From positions 4,544,001-4,608,000 of the forward strand of contig OZ240241.1 of NCBI GenBank assembly GCA_965198115.1: a DNA stretch of 64,000 nucleotides, in the 5' to 3' direction. The translations under genes and the position numbers were made by a program. Each line of letters opens with the position of its first letter. Position 1 is the stretch's first letter. Below the pieces are notes generated by a model. That model worked only from the letters and a program-made list of their open reading frames with translations. It did no database searches and was not told the origin of the DNA. This document shows positions 42,839-52,364 of the stretch, in pieces. The stretch is from Candidatus Latescibacterota bacterium (lineage in GTDB: Bacteria > Latescibacterota > UBA2968).

Positions 42839-42840
42839 GT

Positions 42841-43827
42841 ATGCCGGTCATCGAAGTCACCCAGCTGAGCAAAACTTACGTCGTCCCCGAGCGGGAAGCC
42901 GGACTCGCTGAGGCGCTGAAGAGTCTGATTCACCGCAAGACCAGGGACGTCAAAGCGGTCGATCGCATCAACTTCGGCGTCGAAGAAGGCGAGATCGTCG
43001 GCTTCCTCGGACCGAATGGGGCCGGCAAAACGACGACCCTGAAAATGCTTTCGGGCCTCCTCTACCCGACGTCGGGCGAGGCCACCGTTCTCGACCACAC
43101 TCCGTCGAAACGCCATCGCGACTTCCTGAGCAACATCACCCTGGTTATGGGTCAGCGGAACCAGCTCATCTGGGACATTCCCGTCGTCGATTCCTTCGAG
43201 CGGAATCGTGCGGTCTATCGCCTCACGCGAGAACATTACAGGACGACCGTCGACGAGCTGACCGACCTCCTCGACCTGGGCGAGCTTCTGAGCAAGCCCG
43301 TCCGGAATCTCTCACTCGGTGAACGGATGAAGTGCGAAGTCGCCGCCGCGCTCCTGCACCGGCCGAAGGTCCTGTTTCTGGATGAACCCACCATCGGGCT
43401 CGACGTGACAATGCAGCGGCGAATCCGTGAGTTCATCAACGCCTATAACAAGGAACACGGAGCTGCCGTCTTGCTCACGAGCCACTATATGGCCGACGTT
43501 GAAGCGCTTTGTAAGCGCATCATCGTCATCCATCACGGACGTGTGTTGTTCGACGGCCCTCTGAATGACCTCGTCACCCGCTTTTCACCTCATAAGACCA
43601 TCCAGGTCGAACTCGACACCGAAACGGCGGATCTGACCGGCTATGGGGAGGTCATCGAAAACGACGGCGCACGATACAAGCTCAACGTCGACAAGGCCGA
43701 GACACCCCACGTCACGAGCCGTCTGCTCGCCGATCTGCCCGTCCTGGACCTGACTGTCGAGGATCCCCCCATAGAAGACGTCATCGAGCAGGTCTTCTCC
43801 ACCGAATCTGCGCAATCCGACAAGTAG
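42841..43827 (+). CDS. ABC transporter ATP-binding protein
   Basis: GPNGAGKTT, LSLGERM, LFLDEPT. Confidence 0.95.
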   Translation: MPVIEVTQLSKTYVVPEREAGLAEALKSLIHRKTRDVKAVDRINFGVEEGEIVGFLGPNGAGKTTTLKMLSGLLYPTSGEATVLDHTPSKRHRDFLSNITLVMGQRNQLIWDIPVVDSFERNRAVYRLTREHYRTTVDELTDLLDLGELLSKPVRNLSLGERMKCEVAAALLHRPKVLFLDEPTIGLDVTMQRRIREFINAYNKEHGAAVLLTSHYMADVEALCKRIIVIHHGRVLFDGPLNDLVTRFSPHKTIQVELDTETADLTGYGEVIENDGARYKLNVDKAETPHVTSRLLADLPVLDLTVEDPPIEDVIEQVFSTESAQSDK

Positions 43828-43853
43828 TCTATGGTGTCGTCGATTCCCATCAG

Positions 43854-43885
43854 TTTCCTAATTCCATAATTTCCTGATTCCCCCA
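43854..43885. repeat. Four degenerate copies of an 8-bp repeat abutting a start codon
   Basis: TTTCCTAA TTCCATAA TTTCCTGA TTCCCCCA. Confidence 0.5.
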
Positions 43886-44680
43886 ATGGTTTCTATCTAT
43901 CTCGCTTACCTGAAGACGTCGATCGCTATGATGTTTCAGTATCGTGCGGCGATGGCCATCTGGATGATCGGGCGCATCCTCGAACCCGTCATCTACCTCG
44001 TCGTCTGGACGACAGTCGCCGAGTCACGAGGCGGGCAGGTGGGCGGCTACACGCCAGAGACTTTCGCTGCCTACTACATCGTGCTTATGGTCGTCCAACA
44101 GATCACGTTTTCCTGGATTATGCACGAGTACGAGTGGCGTATCCGGAGCGGCACGCTCTCTGCGGTCCTCCTCAAACCCATTCACCCCATCCACAGCGAC
44201 ATCGCAGACAACATAGGCTACAAAGTGCTCACGTCGGTTATCCTCATCCCGTCCGTCGTGGTTATGGGCCTCGTCTTCAAGCCGACATTCACGTTCGACC
44301 TGACCCTTTTCCTGCTATTCCTCCTCACGATGGGGTTTGCCTATCTGTTGCGATTCTACATCGAGTGGTCGCTCGCTCTCGTCGCATTCTGGACAACTCG
44401 AAACGAGGCATTCAATCAGGTCTTCTTTCTGGTCGGGTTGTTCCTGACAGGACGCATCGCCCCACTCGGGTTGCTGCCTCATTGGCTTAGACAGATCGGC
44501 GATGCTTTACCGTTCCAGTGGATGGTCGCCTTCCCGGTGGAGCTCCTACTGGGACGTCTCTCAGAACAGCAGATCACCCACGGGCTGATGATGCAGGTCG
44601 CCTGGATCGCTTTCGGATTCGTTCTGCATCGTGTTGTCTGGTGGCGCGGTATCCGAAAATACTCAGCAGTGGGAGCCTGA
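43886..44680 (+). CDS. ABC-2 family permease
   Basis: Six TM helices; IRSGTLSAVLLKP. Confidence 0.9.
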   Translation: MVSIYLAYLKTSIAMMFQYRAAMAIWMIGRILEPVIYLVVWTTVAESRGGQVGGYTPETFAAYYIVLMVVQQITFSWIMHEYEWRIRSGTLSAVLLKPIHPIHSDIADNIGYKVLTSVILIPSVVVMGLVFKPTFTFDLTLFLLFLLTMGFAYLLRFYIEWSLALVAFWTTRNEAFNQVFFLVGLFLTGRIAPLGLLPHWLRQIGDALPFQWMVAFPVELLLGRLSEQQITHGLMMQVAWIAFGFVLHRVVWWRGIRKYSAVGA

Positions 44681-44682
44681 CC

Positions 44683-45507
44683 GTGTACAAGCTCCATCTC
44701 TTCTGGACGTTCATGCGAATTGGCATCCTGAACGAGCTGGCCTACCGGATGAACTTCGTCGTCCAGCTGCTCCAGTCGGGGATGAGCCTGATTACGGCCC
44801 TCGCCGGATTCGCAATCGTCTTCTCACACACCGACACCCTCGGCGATTGGCGTCCGAACGATATTCTGGCACTCCTAGGCGTCTACCTCATCACCGGAGG
44901 TCTAGTTGCGCTCCTGATCCGGCCGAGTATGTCTCGGCTGATGGAAGACGTACGCGAAGGCACGCTGGACTACACTTTGACCAAACCCGAAGACGCGCAG
45001 TTCCTGGTCAGCATCAGCCAGGTCCGCATTTGGAAACTCACCGACTTTGTTCTCGGGTTGCTGGTCCTCGGCTATGCTCTCTTTCGTCGTGCACTCGACG
45101 AAAGCTACGTCGACGCGATCCTCTACGGCGGCCTGGAAGTCGGCTACATCAACACGATCACTTTCGCCGTCGGCCTGCTATGCGGTGGCATTATCGTTTA
45201 CAGTTTTTTCCTCGTCCTTGCGACCCTTTCTTTCTGGTTTATCAAGATTGAAAACATCCTCGTCATCTTCGATACGATGTATCAGGCCGGACGCTGGCCC
45301 ATCGGTCTTTACCCCTATTGGATGAAGTTCGTGCTCACCTTCATCGTTCCGATCGCCTTCGCTATCACCGTTCCCGCAGAGGCCCTGGTCGGGCGGCTGG
45401 ACGCGTCGACGTTCGCGCTCGATGTCGGTGTCGCCGTTTGTATGCTCGCAGGGTCTTGTCTCTTCTGGCAATACGGATTGAAAAACTACTCCGGCGCCTC
45501 CGCCTGA
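44683..45507 (+). CDS. ABC-2 family permease
   Basis: VREGTLDYTLTKP, GRWPIGLYP, YSGASA C-terminus. Confidence 0.9.
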   Translation: MYKLHLFWTFMRIGILNELAYRMNFVVQLLQSGMSLITALAGFAIVFSHTDTLGDWRPNDILALLGVYLITGGLVALLIRPSMSRLMEDVREGTLDYTLTKPEDAQFLVSISQVRIWKLTDFVLGLLVLGYALFRRALDESYVDAILYGGLEVGYINTITFAVGLLCGGIIVYSFFLVLATLSFWFIKIENILVIFDTMYQAGRWPIGLYPYWMKFVLTFIVPIAFAITVPAEALVGRLDASTFALDVGVAVCMLAGSCLFWQYGLKNYSGASA

Positions 45508-45595
45508 CTTGCATCCCCAGAGAGTGCGCATTACGTTTGCCGACGACGCTGGATTGTCTCTGTCTTTCCTGAACACTGAACACTAGCTTTCCCAA

Positions 45596-46426
45596 ATGTC
45601 TGTCACCGAACGCGACATCTACCTCTTCGATCTCCGCGGCTATGTCAAACTCGAAGGCGCATTGACAGCTGACGAAGTCGACGAACTCAACGCCACGATC
45701 GACGCCATCCCACCTCTTAAACCGGGAGAGTGGTACGGCTACATCCACGGCCACGGCTATGGAACGGCGGACGGCCTGAACTACCAGCAGATCTACGAAG
45801 CCGGCGAACCCTTTGAGAAGCTGATCGATCACCCCTCCTGGATCGATCATCTCAAGACGTTCGTCGGTGGTGAAGGCACCTTCGATTACCATCACGGCCC
45901 GCTCTTCATCGACGAAAATTTCATCACTTTCCGTGAGCCCGGCGAGGCCATCGGCCTTCACTCTGGAAATCACTTCGGCATCAAGCGGAACCAGTTCCGT
46001 GTCTACAACGGAAAGTTCCTGTGCGGTCAGGTCAATGTCCTGATCGCACTCACCGACGTCGGCCCAGGTGATGGCGGAACGATGCTCATTCCTGGGAGCC
46101 ACAAGCAGAACTTTGCACCTCCAGATTACGACCTGCACCGGATGCAGAAGGGCGGGTCGGTGGATGGTCTGGATTACGCGGTAGAGGTCCATATGGAGGC
46201 AGGTGATGCGATCGTCTTCGTTGACGCCCTGTCTCACGGATCGGCCAAGCGGATCAACGAAGGCACTCGTCGAACCTGCGTCTATCGTTATGGGCCCTCG
46301 TGGGGCAATTTCCGTCACGGCTATGAACCCTCGCCTGAACTCCTCGAACGGCTGACACCTCAGCGTCGGCAGATCGTTCAACCCCAGAATCGACTTCCGC
46401 GAAAACCCCAAATTCGCCAAAGATAG
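45596..46426 (+). CDS. PhyH-family Fe(II)/2OG oxygenase (HSG variant)
   Basis: YLFDLRGY, LHSGNH, GGTMLIPGSHK, DALSHG. Confidence 0.88.
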   Translation: MSVTERDIYLFDLRGYVKLEGALTADEVDELNATIDAIPPLKPGEWYGYIHGHGYGTADGLNYQQIYEAGEPFEKLIDHPSWIDHLKTFVGGEGTFDYHHGPLFIDENFITFREPGEAIGLHSGNHFGIKRNQFRVYNGKFLCGQVNVLIALTDVGPGDGGTMLIPGSHKQNFAPPDYDLHRMQKGGSVDGLDYAVEVHMEAGDAIVFVDALSHGSAKRINEGTRRTCVYRYGPSWGNFRHGYEPSPELLERLTPQRRQIVQPQNRLPRKPQIRQR

Positions 46427-46509
46427 ATTGATTTTAGCCAATAATTGACAATTCTTGCTATATTCTGACATTAGTTTGTGTCTCGGTCTTTAGTGGGAGG
46501 TCAGAGAGC

Positions 46510-46815
46510 ATGAACGTCAATCTCACGCCAGAACTCGATCGGATAGTCAGGGAAAAGGTAAAGTCTGGGATGTATGGATCGGCCAGCGAGGTCGTGCGGG
46601 AAGCGTTGCGGCGGATGCTGAAAGATGAGATGGGAGGGGTCACCGAAGTGGCTGAAGGTCCCAAGCGAGACTATGGCTCCAGCACGCATCGGGACAGGCT
46701 CAAGGAAACGATGGAACGCATTTGGGCAGATCAGCGGGAAAGGGGACACGTTCCTCCTACTAAGGAGGAAGTCGACCAACACATCCGCGAGTTGCGCGAA
46801 GGCTGGGACAGGTAG
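46510..46815 (+). CDS. Ribbon-helix-helix antitoxin (ParD/CC2985-like N-terminus)
   Basis: MNVNLTPEL...KVKSGMYGSASEVVREALR. Confidence 0.85.
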   Translation: MNVNLTPELDRIVREKVKSGMYGSASEVVREALRRMLKDEMGGVTEVAEGPKRDYGSSTHRDRLKETMERIWADQRERGHVPPTKEEVDQHIRELREGWDR

Positions 46816-46818
46816 CAG

Positions 46819-47214
46819 GTGCGAACATATCTCGATTCCGCACCTGTGATCTATCACGTCCAACGTATCGAGGAATACTGGAGACTGGTCGAACAACGAC
46901 TGGATCAAAGCGAACTGCGACCCGTCGTCAGCGACCTCACGAGGATGGAGTGCCGTGTGAAGCCAATCCGTGAGTCGAACGATCAGTTGTTACGCAATTT
47001 CGATGCCTTCTTCAGTAACACGGAGTCTGTTCCGTTGACGTCAGAGGTCTTCGATCTCGCCACGACGATACAGGCTCGCTACAGATACACCACACCCGAT
47101 GCCCTTCACCTAGCCGCAGCTATCGCTTCTGAATGTGACATCTTCCTGACGAACGACCGTCGCCTGTCATCCTTCCCCGAGATAAGGGTGGAACTAATCG
47201 ATTCGTATGTCTGA
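46819..47214 (+). CDS. vapC: PIN-domain toxin (VapC-like)
   Basis: YLDSAPVIY, TRMEC, PDALHLAAA, FLTNDRRL. Confidence 0.88.
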   Translation: MRTYLDSAPVIYHVQRIEEYWRLVEQRLDQSELRPVVSDLTRMECRVKPIRESNDQLLRNFDAFFSNTESVPLTSEVFDLATTIQARYRYTTPDALHLAAAIASECDIFLTNDRRLSSFPEIRVELIDSYV

Positions 47215-47252
47215 TCAAACAATGTTCCGCTTTCATTGACCAGAGGAACCGT

Positions 47253-48216
47253 ATGAAAATCGGTCTCGTCATCAGACCCTTCACCGACGACAACCTCAAG
47301 ACAGCGCTCCAGATGGACGTCAAAGATGTCATCACGACGCTTCCAGGGGATTGCCGCGGCGGGCGTATCTGGGATTTCGAAGACATCTTGCGTCACAAAA
47401 AGCGCATCGAGGACATAGGGCTTCGTTGGTCCGTCGTCGAATCGGTGCCCATCTCCGACGCCGTCAAACTGGGTCTGGACGGGCGCGACGAGGAAATCGA
47501 CGACTACTGTCAGACGATTCGCAATCTCGGTGCGGCCGGCATTCCGACGATGTGCTACAACTGGATGGCGGTATTCGGTTGGATGCGGACGTCGCTCACG
47601 ACGCGCACGCGTGGTGACGCGCTCGCGATTACGTACGATCATCGCGAAATGGAAAATGCACCGGAGATAACGGAGTACGGTGAGATCAGCGAGGAAAGGT
47701 TGTGGGAGAATCTCGAATACTTCCTCAAACGGGTCATCCCCGTCGCCGAGGAAGCAGGCGTCAAGCAGGGCATGCATCCGGATGATCCGCCGATGGGACC
47801 GATTTCGGGGCGTCGCTCGCATTATCACCAGTCCCCAAGCGTTCGACCGGCTACTCGACCTGGTCCCCAGCGGGTTCAGCGGACTCACCTTCTGCCAGGG
47901 CAACTTCAAGGCAATGGGCGTCGACATCGTCCAGAACATCCGCCACTTCGGTAACAAGGGCAAAATCTTCTTCGCGCACTTTCGTGACTTGCAGGGCCAG
48001 GTCCCGGCGTTCAGCGAGTCGTTTCACGACGACGGCGAAACCGATATGGCCGCCTGCGTGAAGGCTTACGACGAGATCGATTTCGACGGCGTCATCCGTC
48101 CCGACCACACGCCGACCTTCGCCATCGACAAAGAAGAAACCGGCGGCTACAATTTCCTCGGCCGCCTCTTCGCCGTCGGCTACATGCGCGGTCTGATGCA
48201 CGGCGTAGAAACCTAG
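47253..48216 (+). pseudogene. uxuA: Mannonate dehydratase, frameshift near 47805
   Basis: WSVVES, CYNWM, LEYFLKRVIPVAEE, HPDDPP, HFRD, RPDHTP, GRLFAVGYMRG; extra T in ATTTCGG. Confidence 0.9.
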
Positions 48217-48340
48217 ACCACGGAATACACGGAAGAAACCAAACTACAGATGTGTAGTCGCAGCTCGAACTTACTCCCCGAATAGGGCCCGGGGCCCCTC
48301 TTTACCCACAACTCTCCGTGTTCTCCCTGTTCTCAGTGGC
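48217..48340. repeat. Empty inverted 9-mer tandem-repeat cassette
   Basis: ACCACGGAATACACGGAA ... CTCCGTGTT CTCCCTGTT CTCAGTGGC. Confidence 0.75.
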
Positions 48341-48365
48341 GTTCTTGATCTTCGCGAGGTAGAGC

Positions 48366-49334
48366 GTGAGAGACATTAAAATCGGCGCAGCGCAGTTCGA
48401 AGCCAGAGACGCCGACAAGGCCTACAATCTGTCTCGTATCGACGCCCTGACGGCGCTTGCCGTCATAGGTGGCGCCGAGATTGTCTCCTTCCACGAGTGC
48501 TGCATCTCCGGTTACACGTTCCTGCAGGAACTCTCTCGCGAGCGTCTCCTCGATCTTGCCGAAGTCGTTCCGGACGGGCCATCGACTCGATCTCTCATCG
48601 AGCTGTCGGGCAAGCACGGTGTGCCGCTGATGGCCGGACTGGTCGAGGTCGATGGCGATCGGCTCTACAACACGTATGTCGCCGTCACGCCAGACGGCTT
48701 TCTGGCCAAACACCGCAAGCTTCACGCCTTCATCAGTTCCTTCATCGATTCGGGCGACGACTTTACCGTCTTCGACCTTCTCGACTGTCGATGCGGCATC
48801 CTCATCTGCTACGACAACAACCTGCCCGAAAACGTCCGCCTCACGGCAATGATGGGGGCCGAGATCATCTTCATGCCGCACGTCACGTGCGGTCTGCCGT
48901 CCGATATGCCAGGTCGGGGCCTCATCGACAAGGCCTTGTGGGACAACCGGGAAACCGACCCGGTCAGGCTTCGCCAGAAATTCAACGGGCCGAAAGGGCG
49001 CGGATGGCTGATGCGTTGGCTGCCCACCCGGGCGTATGAAAACGGGGTCTATGCCGTCTACACCAACCCCATCGGCGTCGATCACGACACCGTCAAAAAC
49101 GGCAATGCGATGATCATCGACCCCTTCGGCGAGATCCTCGTCGAATCGATGGCACTCGAGGACGACGACGTCGTCGGTCTCTGCACGCCGGCAAAGATTG
49201 AGGTGTCATCCGGCTATCGCTACCTCCGCGCCCGGCGACCCGATCTCTACGGCAAGATGGTCGAGCCCCTTCCCGAGAACTGGGAAACCGGCACCAAGCC
49301 GGGTTGGGATCTCGCCGATCCCGATTCAGAATAA
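48366..49334 (+). CDS. Nitrilase/carbon-nitrogen hydrolase family protein
   Basis: Glu-Lys-Cys triad: SFHECC, HRKLH, LICYD. Confidence 0.92.
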   Translation: MRDIKIGAAQFEARDADKAYNLSRIDALTALAVIGGAEIVSFHECCISGYTFLQELSRERLLDLAEVVPDGPSTRSLIELSGKHGVPLMAGLVEVDGDRLYNTYVAVTPDGFLAKHRKLHAFISSFIDSGDDFTVFDLLDCRCGILICYDNNLPENVRLTAMMGAEIIFMPHVTCGLPSDMPGRGLIDKALWDNRETDPVRLRQKFNGPKGRGWLMRWLPTRAYENGVYAVYTNPIGVDHDTVKNGNAMIIDPFGEILVESMALEDDDVVGLCTPAKIEVSSGYRYLRARRPDLYGKMVEPLPENWETGTKPGWDLADPDSE

Positions 49335-49467
49335 CCTCTTCCGAAACAGGCAACAGAAAGGGCCGTCTCCATAGCGAGACGACCCTCGTGCTTGCCGTAT
49401 TCTACCGAATGTTTCGGTTTGCCGTGAACCTCTTCCCCGGTAGGGCCTGCGATGCTAGCACTACGCC

Positions 49468-49494
49468 CTCCGTGCTCTCAGTGTTCTCAGTGGC
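49468..49494. repeat. Solo arm of the 9-mer repeat family
   Basis: CTCCGTGCT CTCAGTGTT CTCAGTGGC. Confidence 0.75.
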
Positions 49495-49590
49495 TGTTTT
49501 GGGTTTTTATAGAGCCGGCCAGGGCACCGTGTCCTCAAAGCCTGCCGGGTAGTTTGAACGCATGTCGGTTTAACCCCGACCGGCTCCAGA

Positions 49591-50094
49591 TTAGCTCCGA
49601 TCGCAGTCGTGGCCTCGCTCGGTTCCGAATTCACCCCTCATTCCGTGCCGCATGCCTCGACGATGCATTTCTCGTCTGCGCATCCCGTGCTCGGGCGGCC
49701 CCATTTCTCCCATCTTCTCACGCTGCTCGATCGTCAGCACGCTCTTCATCTTCACAAAACTGTTCACTCGGGTCGACGTCATGCTCGACTGAGCGCGATT
49801 CAGCTTGTCCACGGCCTTGTTGATGTCCGCCTGCTCGATCGTCGTCTGACGTATCGCCTCACCCAATTCGATTCGAGCGACTTTGACATCAGCCTCCAGC
49901 TGGGCCATCGCCTTGTGGCCGTCTGCGCGTAGAGACTTGAGCTTGGCCTTTTGATCCGACGTCAGATCGAGGGCTTCGAAACGGTGTGCCATCATTCGAT
50001 GGCCTCGATGATGACGCCCACGCTGGGCAAGCACTTCCCCGCTCATCAAGACGATTCCAGAAAGCACTGCCGCAACAACGAAGTTCCGCTTCAT
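49591..50094 (-). CDS. Spy/CpxP-family periplasmic protein
   Basis: Signal peptide, LDLTSDQK and VLTIEQR (LTxxQ) motifs, His/Met-rich tails. Confidence 0.85.
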   Translation of the reverse strand: MKRNFVVAAVLSGIVLMSGEVLAQRGRHHRGHRMMAHRFEALDLTSDQKAKLKSLRADGHKAMAQLEADVKVARIELGEAIRQTTIEQADINKAVDKLNRAQSSMTSTRVNSFVKMKSVLTIEQREKMGEMGPPEHGMRRREMHRRGMRHGMRGEFGTERGHDCDRS

Positions 50095-50122
50095 CGCAAA
50101 CCTCCTTCTCTTGAGTAGATGC

Positions 50123-50569
50123 TCAAAAGACGAGATGTCCACTTTCCGTATCAGGATGCGGCGCGCGTCGCATCGAGGCGCGTTCGCTCGTAATCAGATT
50201 GGGTTGGAGCAACACGATCTGCTCCAGCTGTTCAGGGGTCAGGATACGACGGATCCGTTCACCAAGTCGCGCTTCCGGAACGAGACGCTCGGCCTCCATC
50301 CGGATCAACGTCGCCATCTGCTGGTCGACATCAGGCTCACCCGTAACTGCGGCGCGCCGGAAGGCTTGAATCATCGCGCCGTGGCGCCGGTCCATTCGGC
50401 GTGTGGTCGAGCCATACTCCTCGAGCAACAGATCCAGCGCCTCCTTCTGCTCGGCGTTCAGCTCATCGGTCGGTAGCAGTCCGAGAAACGGTAGCGGATT
50501 CAGCGCATCTCCCTGGACCGTCAGGGTCAAGACCAGGGCCGCAATAGCCCACGGAAGAAAACGTCTCAT
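50123..50569 (-). CDS. Spy/CpxP-like periplasmic protein
   Basis: Signal peptide, LNAEQK and ILTPEQ motifs. Confidence 0.7.
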   Translation of the reverse strand: MRRFLPWAIAALVLTLTVQGDALNPLPFLGLLPTDELNAEQKEALDLLLEEYGSTTRRMDRRHGAMIQAFRRAAVTGEPDVDQQMATLIRMEAERLVPEARLGERIRRILTPEQLEQIVLLQPNLITSERASMRRAPHPDTESGHLVF

Positions 50570-50582
50570 CGTCTGGCTCCTG

Positions 50583-51635
50583 TCAAAAGTCCAGGTCGAA
50601 ACCGAGTGAGAATACGTGGCGGCTGTCGTAATCATACGTCGCATCGTTCGATCGTGACCGCTCGAAGTCGTAACTCACACCGAGATCGATTCGAGCCGTC
50701 AGCGGCAATTCGAAAGAACCGCCCACTCCCGTGATCCGGTCGAGCCGCTCTTCGAACGTCGACACAGGTATCAGGTTCTCATCCAGGGCAAGCTGCCCGT
50801 CGTAACGTTGTGATTCATAGCCCGCACTCACGATGAGACGAGCTGCGAGCGGCAACTGTTGGGTCAATCTGAGCGTCACGGCATTTCCACTGTAGTCGTA
50901 TCGATCGACCAGAATGTCGTCCTCCTCAGAAAGGGGACTGCCGGCACTTCCTGGCTCGGTGTTGATTCGTCTCTGATACCTGAGGCTCAACCCTGTTCCA
51001 GAACCCAGTCCCTGCGCGGCCTGAAGACCAAAGACAACCTGCGATTCAGATCCGTCGTGATCCTTTCGACTGTAACTCAGGTCGCTGCGCAGCGTCGTTC
51101 GGGTCCGCAGGTATCGCGTCGTCTGGAAAAACACGTATTGGTCCGAATACCCCGACGCCCCAAGGTTCCAATAGTTCCTCGTTTCGAGCGTGTATCCCAT
51201 CCTGAGCATCGTTTTCGGGTTCGCGTACATCTTCAGGTTGGCAAACATCCTGAATCCCGCATAGTCGTAAACCGTGAAAATGTCACGATCTAGCCGGGCC
51301 CTGAACGTCGACCCGGCGTAGAGCCTGTTTCGACCGCTGCCCAGTTTTCTGGAGTAGGTCACACCCAGGTCGTGCACCGAGAAAGACCGATCCGTCGACT
51401 GTGTAAACAGATAGGCTGTGCCGGCATAAAAGAGCTGGAAGTCGGACTCGTCGGTCGTTTCCCGGTGCGCGAGAAAACTGGATGCCTGCGTCAGGTAATC
51501 CTCGCTTTTGGATGATGTTCCGAAAACATTGGAGTCGTAGGTCGACTCGACGGACAGATCGGCAACGGTCTCTGCGCGCGTCTGGTCGACATCGATTCCG
51601 AGCAGGGCGATTAGAAGGACGATCGAAAAGATCAC
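50583..51635 (-). CDS. Putative outer-membrane beta-barrel protein
   Basis: Signal peptide, YDSNVF, amphipathic strands, RSND...YDY, terminal Phe. Confidence 0.7.
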   Translation of the reverse strand: MIFSIVLLIALLGIDVDQTRAETVADLSVESTYDSNVFGTSSKSEDYLTQASSFLAHRETTDESDFQLFYAGTAYLFTQSTDRSFSVHDLGVTYSRKLGSGRNRLYAGSTFRARLDRDIFTVYDYAGFRMFANLKMYANPKTMLRMGYTLETRNYWNLGASGYSDQYVFFQTTRYLRTRTTLRSDLSYSRKDHDGSESQVVFGLQAAQGLGSGTGLSLRYQRRINTEPGSAGSPLSEEDDILVDRYDYSGNAVTLRLTQQLPLAARLIVSAGYESQRYDGQLALDENLIPVSTFEERLDRITGVGGSFELPLTARIDLGVSYDFERSRSNDATYDYDSRHVFSLGFDLDF

Positions 51636-51699
51636 GACGACTCCCTCCCGGCGGGGCCCGAGGGGAAGCCATAGGACCTCCCCCCAGACCTACCGAAAT

Positions 51700-52269
51700 C
51701 TAGTTGGCGTCCTCGGTAGCATCGGCCGGTGGCGCGCCGTGTCGCCCACCAAAACGACCCCGGCGTCCGAACCCTCGGTCACCCCGCCCCGGACGAGCCG
51801 GTCGCTCGACCCCGAATTCGGCGAATTTGGCATCGACGGCAGCGCGAGCCTCATCTCGAGAGGCGCCGGCCTCACGAAGGGCGGCGATCGTGTCCTTCAG
51901 GTCCGTAATCTGTTCGGCCGAAAGAACGTCGCCCAGACGGGACACCATGTGCTCTCCCGGATCTGGAAGTTCGACGCCGAATCCCTCGAGCGTGGCCTTC
52001 ACCGCCTCACGAATCTCCTCCTTCGACGCATCGCCCGCCCGAAGGGCCTCGATCTGACCCTTGAGCTGTTCCTTCTGCTCGTCCGTCAGCTGGGAAACGA
52101 CACCGAACATCCGGCGGCCGAACCGGTGCCGCATCTCCTCGGCATCGTCGATTCCGTTCTCGTCCACGAATGCCACATCGTCCGTGGCATCGTCCTGTGC
52201 GTTGACCGCCGGCTGATCCGCGGCCACGAACGCAAATGCGAGTGCACCCACTGCCATCCACCTTTTCAT
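51700..52269 (-). CDS. Secreted helical protein with internal repeat (LTxxQ-like)
   Basis: AGGAGG RBS, signal peptide, repeated LTDEQ...ALRAGDASKEE / LSAEQ...ALREAGASRDE. Confidence 0.7.
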   Translation of the reverse strand: MKRWMAVGALAFAFVAADQPAVNAQDDATDDVAFVDENGIDDAEEMRHRFGRRMFGVVSQLTDEQKEQLKGQIEALRAGDASKEEIREAVKATLEGFGVELPDPGEHMVSRLGDVLSAEQITDLKDTIAALREAGASRDEARAAVDAKFAEFGVERPARPGRGDRGFGRRGRFGGRHGAPPADATEDAN

Positions 52270-52364
52270 CGCTTCCTCCTACTGTTGACTGGCAGGCTTT
52301 CTCGTGCCCGGCTGTCTCTTTGACGCCTGGCGCATTCCTGGGTTGTTGGGATCGTGTAGATGAT

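Noticed and set aside
41637-45584. Inverted GTTCAGT/ACTGAAC arrays as the ends of one 4-kb mobile unit
   Set aside because: Only about 14 bp match, there is no target duplication or recombinase, and independent solo arms explain it.
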